Of a DNA stretch of 64,000 nucleotides, positions 13,490-24,784 are shown piece after piece. Source of the stretch: Octopus bimaculoides (taxonomy: Eukaryota); the NCBI RefSeq assembly GCF_001194135.2, contig NC_068982.1:52006283-52070282 (forward strand). Direction: 5' to 3'. Each line of letters opens with the position of its first letter. Positions within the stretch are counted from its first letter, which is position 1. A program made the translations under genes and the position numbers. Under the pieces are notes generated by a model. It saw only the letters and a program-made list of their open reading frames with translations, was not told the DNA's origin and ran no database searches.

Positions 13490-16195
13490 TTGCACGCTTA
13501 CGGTTTGGTATTTCGCTGAATTTCTTTTGAGAATTACTAGGTCTTAGTAGACACAACATGTGGTCTCTTTCTAGCATATTAGATGTCCACTTTACTGGTC
13601 AACTTTATATATAAAAATATACCTTAATCGCCTAAGATCTCAGATATTTTTTCTGAATCTCTCGGATTCTTTCTATGTGCATGCTTCCTGGTAATAAATC
13701 GATATTAATTAATATCTGATTTTTACCCTATGTTTTAATGCGTGCGTGTGTGTGGCAGCAGTATTAATGCTGAGAAGTAATATTTATCCCCACTTCAACA
13801 TGGATGTTCTATTAGAACAAACTTTATAGTAGCAGTTACCAGGAGGGGAGCTCTCATATTAGATTTTTAGTGAAAAATGCACACTTGTTTATATCACTAG
13901 CAGGGAGACATATTCCCACTACCTTCCAGTACCAAGACCACCAGATCCTGTGATTTCAACCTTATTTGGGCTTGTCAATGATGGACACTTGACTGCTAGA
14001 GGCAGCAGTGATTGATCGCCTCACCAGTGATATATAAATTGACAGTGCCAGGACAGGTGGTGGTGTCACGATTAACCAGTGAGCTTACTAAATATATATT
14101 AGGAACAGAGACAGTATTTATCCCCTTGGTACATTTTGTAACAAAAAGCCAATATGAGAGTTTCTCCCATGATAACTACTGAAGTTAAGTTTGTTCTAAT
14201 AGAACATCCATGTTTAAGTGGGGATAAATAGCTCTGCCTCTGTTGCTGACATATATTTTGTGTGTGTTAGTGTCACCTAGCCCTGGTATCATGTGACAGT
14301 TGTAAACAAGTGTCACTGTCATGCAAACATTGTCCTTTACCTTATTTGGAAACAGATGAGAGTGTAAAAGACAATTTTAAAAAATTTAATGAGGTCAATA
14401 CTTTTTGATAGACTTTGCCACTGTTTCAGTAGATTATTGTAAGAATGAGCCAATACTTCAATCATACATCCAAAAGGTGGATCAAAAACAACTGCTAACT
14501 TCTTCATTACATCTTCTTCAGCAATGAACCTTTGATATTTTTCAAAAGTTGTTGTATTGTTGAAAAAATAGTTGTTAAACATGTTGTAACGGCAGAATTT
14601 TTCAACTGAGTAAACCTGCATCTGAAGAAAAAAGAAGAAAATCAGAGAAAAAAAAAAAACCCAATTCTAACAGAGAAATTGTTGTATAATATAGAATCTA
14701 ACAGCTATAGGTTACAGATATATTTAATGAAACGGTCAATTTATCCTTACTATCTCTCTTTCATTTGTGTTGTGACTATTCAAGTGTATGAGTATGTTAC
14801 ATACATACATATATACATACACCAGATTTAGGAAAACATGGCAGTCGGAACTTTCCTCTTACAACAAAACAATACCCCACAATGCTTTTGCAGTGCCAGT
14901 GCTGATCCCAACATTTGGGATATTTGATTGGTCTGTAGAGGAAATCCACTCCATAATTATCAAAACCTGCAAAATACTGCTAACAACAGAGAACTTCCAC
15001 AGAAACAGTGATGTTGACATGCTCAACCTAAGAAGAAATGAAGGCGGTAGAGGAGCACCACCTTTAGTTGAAGAAATCAACCCCAAGATTTATTCTTTGT
15101 AAGCCTAGTACTTATTCTATAGGTGTGTTTTGACAAACAGCTAAGTTACAGGGAGGTAAACACAGTAACATCAGTTGTCAAGCGATGGTGGGGGTACAAA
15201 CACAGACACACACAGATATGTGCGGGTGACACGTAAAAGCACCCACTACACTCTCTGAGTGGTTGGCGTTAGGAAGGGCATCCAGCTGTAGAAACTCTGC
15301 CAAATCAGACTGGAGCCTGGTGTTGCCATCCGGTTTCACCAGTCCTCAGTCAAATCGTCCAACCCATGCTAGCATGGAAAGCGGACGTTAAACGATGATG
15401 ATGATGATGATGAAATATAGAGTTATACGTATCATCATCATCCTCATCATCGTTTAACGTCCGCTTTCCATGCTAGCATGGGTTGGACGATTTGACTGAG
15501 GACTGGTGAAACCGGATGGCAACACCAGGCTCCAATCTAATTTGCTGGATGCCCTTCCTAACGCCAACCACTCAGAGAGTGTATACATATTAATATTGAA
15601 AACAATATATATATATATATATTACAAGAGGCTAAAGGTGATAGGCAAGACTATGTTTAAAAAAGGTGCAATATTTAAGTAAAAATTATTCTAAGGTCAT
15701 CATGGTGGTTATGTCATTTGTTGTAGATGCATTCAAAAGGGGTCTGTATTTTGTGATACATACATCATCATCATCATCGTTTAACGTCCGCTTTCCATGC
15801 TAGCATGGGTTGGACGATTTGACTGAGGACTGGTGCAACCGGATGGCTACACCAGGCTCCAATCTAATTTGGCAGAGTTTCTACAGCTGGATGCCCTTCC
15901 TAACGCCAACCACTCAGAGAGTGTAGTGGGTGCTTTTACGTATACATATATATTTTATATATACTTATATATGTATATACTAGCAGAGATACCCGGCATT
16001 GCTCTGGATTAAAATGGTATAGTTTGTATATAATATATTACAGTTATGTTGAAACAGGTGATATGGGAAAGTGCAGCATTGACAGCACATACCATTTGTT
16101 TCATTTGAAAATTTTACACCTCATCTACAACTATTATACAGTGCTAAAACAAGGAAACACAAACACACACACATTCAGATGCACACATACACACT

Positions 16196-16260
<65 letters not shown>

Positions 16261-19200
16261 GTCTTCTTTCAGTTTTTGTCTACCAAATCTGCTAACAAGG
16301 CTTTGGTTAGCCCAGGGCTATTGTAGAAAACACCTGCCCAAGTTACCACACAGTGGGACTGAACCTAGAACCATGTGGTTGGGAAGCAAACTTCTTACCA
16401 CACAGCCACACATGTGCCTGTAATATGATCATGATATTTTTTCTAGGGCAAGAGAAAAAGAAGGAGTCACATTAAAAGCCACTGCTTAGCTCCAGTTTCT
16501 TAACATGAAATAGATGAAATAAATCTTCCCTTGGATAAGATGACAACTATAACCTTGTAGCATTCCTACATAATCTGATATCTGTTACTAACAAATAAAT
16601 GAACAGCAGCATAGTGCTAATCTCAAAATTTCAATGTAACATATACAGTAGATTAGAAGTTATGACCCATTAACAAGCCATCTAATACCAAATCCATCTG
16701 TAATTCGAACACTGTTACCTTACCTAATAAATTTTGATAAAATCAAGATTAAATTGCCCACCCATTTCCTTATAATCAGACACAAGTTTTGTTTGTTCAT
16801 ATGACCACTCCTTAACCTTTAGCATTTAGATTACTGTGGCAAATATAATGCTTATTTATTTTCATTCATCATCATCATCGTTTAACGTCCGCTTTCCATG
16901 CTAGCATGGGTTGGATGATTTGACTGAGGACTGGTGAACCAAATGGCTACACCAGGCTCCAATCTGATTTGGCAGAGTTTCTACAGCTGGATGCCTTTCC
17001 TAACACCAACCACTCCAAGAGTGTAGTGGGTGCTTTTACGTGCTACCGGCACGAAGGCCAGTCAGGAGGTACTGGCAACAGCCACGCTCGAAATGGTATA
17101 TTTTACGTGCCACCTGCACAAGAGCCAGTCCAGTGGTACTGGCAACGAACTCACTCAAATGTCTTTTCACGTGCCCAAGTGCCAGGAAGGTGATGTTGGT
17201 AACAATCATGCTTAAATGGTGCTTTTTATGTGCCACTGGCACGGAAGCCAGGCTTCTGGTGTTCTGGCAACGATCACGCTCGGACGGTGCTCTTAGTGAT
17301 CTACTNNNNNNNNNNGCTTTCATTGATTTGAATTAATCAATATTATGTTGTAGTTTCAAGATTTCAATGAGGTGATTGTTTATTTTTTGAGTAACATTGA
17401 GGTTAGATGTGAGAGGCCAGATCTAGCCAATTTGAACATAAAATAGAGAGACTATTTAGGGTGGATATGGCAGGTTTAAATGCTAAAAGGTTAATAAAAC
17501 TTGATATCCTCTCAAAACATTTTGTAATTGAGATTCAATGATCTGAAACATAGACGGCATTTCTCATACACAAATGAAATGTAAACTTACATATCTATGA
17601 TCCAAGTCAAGAAGAAGAGATTTTATCTTGCAGTTTTTTTCGTTTTGGATGGCTTCATGGAGACTAAGATTAAATTAGATAAAATAAAAGATTATTGTTT
17701 TTATAAATTTAAAATTATGAAATTGGAGAAAATTTTCTCATTTTTTTGTTGGTACTTCAAGAAATTCTTAAGAGTGAAATATTAATATCATATTTTCTGT
17801 CATACAGGTTGAGTTTTTTGGAACAAAAATTCTATGTGAATTGCAGCAGGATTTAGAAAGATAGGGACAATGTTTGAATGTTAATACTACATGTTTACAC
17901 TGTATACAATGTTGACTTATATGCCAGAAAATATGGTAAATAGTAAGAAAAGTTACAAACAAGCTTAAAATAGATTCTCAAGAGTTGAGTTTGCCATTTA
18001 CAGATGATAGAAAGAGAAATTTTAGAGTTTAAAGTTTTACTTTGATATAACAACAATGATTTTTTGTAAACAATACACACATTAAAACACAGAACAGAAC
18101 AATTAATCTTAATTTTCAGAATTTATAGCTAAACAAATGCACTCTTAAATAGATTCAAGAAATCCTTATCAAAACTTATTGAGTTAATGATAGAATATCG
18201 TTTGCATATCTGATAAGGTGACATTTTTTTATTATAGAAAAGAATCTTAAAGGATCCATGAATGAAAAGTATAGTGAAAACTAGAGTACAAAAGAGGGAA
18301 TAAAACTAATCTAGTACCAAATTATACCGAGCCTTTTCAGACTTTACTACAGCATTCAATGAGGGAGAAAGACTCAGATTTCAGACATTTTTGTTGTTTA
18401 TCTTTTAAGATTCAGATTACACTGTAAAATGTAATGTTTATTTATTCATATTGACTAGAATTAATCATGCATTGCCTCATGGCTTCAAGATTTTGGTGAT
18501 GTGAATGTATATTTTTAGAATGAAATTATGGTATGAGATGCTAGATCTGGTCATATTGAACATAAAACAGGTAGAATACTTGGGCTAGGTAGAGCCAGTT
18601 TAGATGCTAAAGGGTTAAAGAATGGTCAGCTCTGATTGACCAAACCTATGATTAACAGTGTTTCAACTGTGACTATCCCATCATTTTTAGATAGTACATT
18701 TTGGATCACATTATCTAATGTGTCCTTCCTCTTTTAAGATAGTAAGGAGAGATTTTAGGGAGAATCCATTTCTATTATTAGCAAATTAAGCAACTATGTG
18801 AAGTCTCTCTTACTGGCTTGTAAGGGTTAGTTTTTCTTCTTCTTTTTATCAACATCATCATTTAGCATCTGCTTACCATACTGGCATGGGTTCAACAATT
18901 TGACTGGAACTGATAAGCCAGAGAGCTACACCGGGTTCAAGCCTGATTTAGCATGGTTTCTATGGCTGAATGCCCTTCCTAATGCCAACCACTCCAAGAG
19001 AGTAAGGGGTGCTTTTTGTGTGTCACCAACACAAGTGCCATTTACATGACACTGCCAATGACCATAACTACGATCTCACTTGTCTTGGCAGGTCTTCATA
19101 TCACCAAAGGCCTTGGTCACCTGTCACTGCCTCAGTGAGGTCCAATACTCAAATGGTGCTTTTTACGTGCCACCAGCACAAGTGCCAGTCAGATGGCACT

Positions 19201-22200
19201 GGAATCAGCCACAACTATAATTTTGATTTCACTTGGCTTGACAGGTCTTCTCAAGCACAGCATATCATCCAACATTTGAAGGGTACTTTTTACAAGCCAG
19301 TTACACAACACTGGCATCAGCCAAGACTACGATCTCACTTGGCTTGATGGGTCTTCTCAATACATAATGGAAGACTACTGCTATAGATATGTAATGTGAA
19401 TGGAAGATGAACACTAGGTAGAAAGTTGGGTTATGGTGACAATCAGAAATGCCTGTGGCCTGGGAAGACATGGAATAATGTTGAGATGTCAGAGCTCATG
19501 ATATTGGTCTACAAAGATGAAAGTGAAGATTTGTTGTATGTCAGACCCATCATATCTATATCAGAATAGAAAAACACATAGAAATATTGATGGATATTGA
19601 GAATAAAGAGGTGGGTAACACATACCTAGGTACACCAACACAAAGTATGTGATTGATATTTTGCTGTTCAAAAGTGGTTTTAAGCAAATCAAGAGTTCTT
19701 CTAGAAAAATGGTATTGCTGAAATTTATTAAACAAAACAAAAAAATAGAAATTAAAAAATAATTTAACAAATTATTTATTCTGCAGATGTTTTATCAACA
19801 ACTTATTTGAAGTTTGCTAAAAGAAGTTATATAAAGTATATAACAATGCATATATGTAATGAAGATTTTGATTTTCATAGAAATATTATTTTTAAAAATA
19901 TGACTTGTTATTGTTATTATTATTATTTAAGGTGGTGAGCTGGCAGAAATGTTAGCATGCTGAATGAAATGCTTAGCAATATTTCGCCTGTTGTTACATT
20001 ATGAATTCAAATTCTGCCAAGGTAGACTTTGCCTTTCATCCTTTCGGGGTTGATGAAATAAGTACCAGTGGAGCACTGGAGTTGATGTAATTGACTAGTT
20101 CCCTGCCCCAAAATTACTGCCCTTGTGACAAAATTTGAAACCATTATTATTATTAAATTCAAATTACGACAAACGTAAATAAACAAACAAAGCTTGCTTT
20201 TAGAAGCGTTGAGAGGTCTTTTAGAAAGTTAAAGAAGTGATTTTTTAAATTCTCAATCGCTAGCCACCTACACTTTTCTCTGCAAAATAGGGATAGTTTA
20301 TCCTGTTCAGGCTATATTATTAGCATTATTTTGCAATTGAGAATTTAAAAAATCAATCATTATTGTTATTACTGGTTTCAAATTTTGGCACAAGGCCAGC
20401 AACTTCGAGGGAGGGATTAAGTTGATTACATTGACCCTAGTACTCAGCTGGTACTCATTTTATTGACTATGAAAAGATGGAAGTTAAAGTCGATCTCAGC
20501 AAGATTTGAACTCAGAACATAAGGATGGATGAAATGCTGCTAAGCATTTTGCCCGGCGTGCAAACGATTCTGCGAGCTTGCTGCTTTTATTATTATTATT
20601 ATCATCATCATCATCATCAATCATTATTAAGCTGATCATCATCATCATTTAATGTCTGTTGTCCATGCAGGCACAGGTTGGACAGTTTGACCAGGGATGG
20701 TAAGCTGAGGGGCTACACCACACTCCAGTTTTATTTGGCATGGTTTCTACAGCAGGATGCCATTCCTAATGCCAACCACTCTAAGAATGTAATGGGTGCT
20801 TTTACTTGCCACTGGCACGGATGCCAATTGCATGACACCAGTATCTGCCATGACTATGATTTTACTCAGCTTGATGGGTCTTCTTCCCAAGCATGGCATA
20901 ATGCCAAAGGTCTTGGTCATTTGGTCATTGCCTCTGTGAATCATTAGCAGATTTGTTAGCATATGCCACCATGATGGACTTTGCCTTTCATCTTTATGGG
21001 GGCCAATAAAATAAGTACCAGATGAGCACTGGGGGGTCAATGTAATCAACTTGTTCTCTCCCACAAAATTTCAGGCCTTGTGCCTATAATAGAAAGAATT
21101 ATTATTAATATCATCAACCTGATCATCAAGGGAATTAGATTAGCAAAATTGTTAGGATGTTGGACAACATGCCTGTGTTCAAATCCTGATGAGGTCAACT
21201 TTGATTTTCATCCTTTCAGAATTAATGAAATTAAGTACCAGACAAGTACTAGCGTTGATTTAATTGACTAAACCCTCTCACCAAATTTGGAGCTTTGTGT
21301 CTATGTTAAAAATGATAAGAGTGATAGAGTGATAGAATCAGTACAGCATCAGAAAAATGCCTTGGGGTATTTGTTCTGGCTTTTAACATTCTGAATGTAA
21401 ATTCTGTAAAGGTCAGCTTTGCTTTCAGTTTAATTGACTAACCCTTCTCAAAACTGCTAGTTTTGCGCCAAAACAATTATCATTGGAACCCGTGGAAGAG
21501 GTAGGCCCAGGAAGACCTGGGCTGAGGTGGTGAGGCAAGACCTTCGTACATTGGGCCTCACCGAGGCGATGACTACTGACCGAGACCTTTGGAAATGTGC
21601 TGTGCGTGAGAAGACCCGGCAAGCCAAGTAAGATCGTTGCCAGTGCCCCTGGACTGGCTTGTGCGGGTGGCACATAAAAGACACCATTTCGAGCGTGGCC
21701 GTTTTCGTGCAGGTGACACATAAAAGCACCCACTACACTCTCTGAGTGGTTGGCGTTAGGAAGGGCATCCAGCTGTAGGAACTCTGCCAAATCAGACTGG
21801 AGCCTGGTGTTGCCATCCGGTTTCACCAGTCCTCAGTCAAATCGTCCAACCCATGCTAGCATGGAAAGCGGACGTTAAACGATGATGATGATGATTATTA
21901 TTGTTAGGGCAATGGATTGACAGAATCAATACACCTTATGGTATTTAGTTATGACACTTTTACACTGTGAGTTCAAATCCCATTAAGGATAATTATATGG
22001 TGATGGTGGTGGTGATGATGATGATTTATACTCACCGCATACACTTTGTTACTTTGATAAGGAGGAAATAACTGTGTTGGGTTGGACAACATCTTGTCGG
22101 TGATATTCTTTTTAAGTTTGTGAGAATTCTGTTGATGTTGCTTTATCTCAGTAGGAAGGAGCAAGAGTTGACAATCAATACAATAACATCTTGATTCCAC

Positions 22201-24731
22201 TGGGCTCTCACAAAATCTTTGCAATCTTCAATTAGAAGAAGCATTAAAATAAAAATACAGAACCAAACTTTAAAAAAAAAATAATGTATAGTGATCCAAG
22301 GAATATTGATTCACCTGTAAAATGAAACAATATTCCCTTGAAAAAATACATACCACTAACAGTAACTAACATGTTAAAGTATAGCCTTAAAAACAATTTC
22401 CCTGAACTGTAAATTATCAGTTTCCAACTATATTTGGTCTTCAACTTGTTGATATATTGTATTTGTTTATTTTGTTAGAATAGTTTCAGTCTTCAGAAAG
22501 GACCCCCCCACCAGAAAGTTCTACATTAAACTACAAACACATTTAAATAATCCTACCAACATGGTTAAAAAACAAACCTACAGAAATAATCTTAAGGGGT
22601 GTTATAATGCTACATACCATATCCCATGTTCAATAAATCCAAAAAATATACAATATGCTGAAATAAATAAATAAATATATGTATGTCTCTCAGCATGACT
22701 CATGTGGTAAGAAGTTTGCTTCCAAACCATATGGTTCCGGGGTCAGTCCCACTGTGTGGCACCAGACAAAAAAATGGAAGCAGCTCGTCATGTATAAATG
22801 TGTAGTGAGTATGTGTACAGATGTCTTTGTGTCAGTGTTTGTCCCCTACCACCACTTGACAACTGGCATTGGTATGTTTACATTTCGATAACTTAGGAGT
22901 TTGGCAAATGATACTGACAGAATAAGTACCAGGCTTAGAATAAAATAAGTTCATCAAAATTCTTCAAGGTGTGTGCCCCAGCATGGCTGCAGTTTTATAA
23001 CTGAAACAAGTAAAAGATATATAGAGATATATATGTGTATATATAACGTGTGTGTGAGTGTGTGCATTTGTATGATGAAAGGAAACCTCTAGAAATATAC
23101 ATAAAAATGCTTGACCGTGTAGGTTAAGTTAGACAGACATAAAACTAAGAACAAAATGTCTTCTTACTTTGGCATTGCATGATTGTTGTAAACAAATATC
23201 AACATCATGCAAGCATTATCCAGTCTTCTCTGAAAACCTGTCTGGTCAAGGGGAAATATCTCACTGTGAAACTGGCCATAGAAAATCTGCCTCAACAAAT
23301 ACCATCTGATCCATGCAAGCATGGAAAAGTGGATGTTAAAACAATGATAATGATGATATATTACCTTTGTTGATAGTTTTCGTGTGTAAATGGTGGCTGT
23401 TGACTTTTATTGAATTCTTCTCTTCTTTTCAATTTGGCTTCAGAGATTTTTTCATCTTCTAACTGATAAAAGTTACAATCTTTACGATCTCTACAAGCTG
23501 AACATGCATAAAATCTCTTGCTTGATTTACCACCGGAGATGTAACGTACAAACAGTAATGTTGGCCCTACAAAGAGACATTGAAAGAATATTTTCCAAAT
23601 ATGTCCATGGAAAACTAATAGTGGAGGGAACCTGTGGAAGAGGTAGACCCAGGAAGAGACATGGGATGAGGTGGTGAAGCACAACCTTCAAATGTTGGGC
23701 CTCACAGAAGCAATGACAAGTGACCAAAACCTTTGGAGATATGCCGTGCTTGAGAAGACCTGGCAAGCCAAGTGAGATTGTAGACATGGCCAATGCCAGT
23801 GTCACATAACTGGCTCATTTAAAAGCACCCTTTAATCGTTGGCCAATATGCCATACTTGTGAAGACCTGTTGAACCGAGTGAAATCAAAGTCATGGCTGA
23901 TGCCAGTGCGACCTGACTGGGTCCCGTGTCAGTGGCATGTAAAATGCACCCACTACACTCTCGGAGTGGTTGGCGTTAGGAAGGGCTTCCAGCTGTAGAA
24001 GCTTTGCCAAATCAGATTGGAGCCTGGTGTAGCCTCCTGGCCTGCCAGTTCTCAGTCAAACCGTCCAACCCATGGAAAGCAGACGTTAAAAGGACGATAA
24101 TGATGATGATGATACACACACATACACACCTCTCAAAAGTAAATAGACACCTTTCATTATACTGCTTTATCTGTGCAGAAATTACCTGGTACTTCAAACT
24201 TGTTAATATATTGTTATTTTTCTTCTCAGATTACAGTTTATAGCAACTAGCCATACTGTGAACACCAGGAGAAAAAGAGTTATCTGATTCTCAAAGAGGT
24301 CGTACTGTAAGACAATCTGAGGGTAGACTTGGCCAGTGCAAGATTGCCCAAAACCTTAAGAATCCTCTTGCTACAGTCAAGAATGTGAACAATTCACCAG
24401 CAAAGGAATCAACAGGATCTTGCTTATGTTGACCTGCCCTCTGACAAGTGTTGAGCCATCAAGTAGATTACTCTTTTACTTGTTTCACTCACAAGGCTTT
24501 GGTCGGCCCGAGGCTATAGTAGAAGATACTTGCGAAAGGTGCCACGCAGTGGGACTGAACCCGGAACCATGTGGTTCGTAAGCAAGCTCCTTGAAAATAA
24601 TCCCTGTTGAAAGGCAGCTGATGTTGCAGAGCAACTCTATAGACTCTGAGTACTTCTATTAGGTAATTCCATCAACTTAGCTATTGAAATGAAAATAATA
24701 ATACAGTAAAAGGTTTGAAGCACTGAGAGGT

Positions 24732-24784
<53 letters not shown>

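Larger units (their letters stand above)
18853..20940 (-). repeat. Older RTE-family tails (about 18853-19365 and 20637-20940); the interval also contains ZCCHC4 exon 4 and SINEs
   Basis: diverged core TGGATGCCCTTCCTAATGCCAACCACTC. Confidence 0.7.

Noticed and set aside
14390-14401. Unusual donor gtattg as a minor (U12) intron
   Set aside because: Does not match the GTATCCTT U12 consensus; treated as a weak U2 donor.
10779-16326. ORFs rich in [16 protein letters not shown] or poly-N (also 28100-28333, 48781-49215, 59297-59535)
   Set aside because: Translations of (TA)n, (CA)n, (AAT)n and the 18-bp minisatellite.
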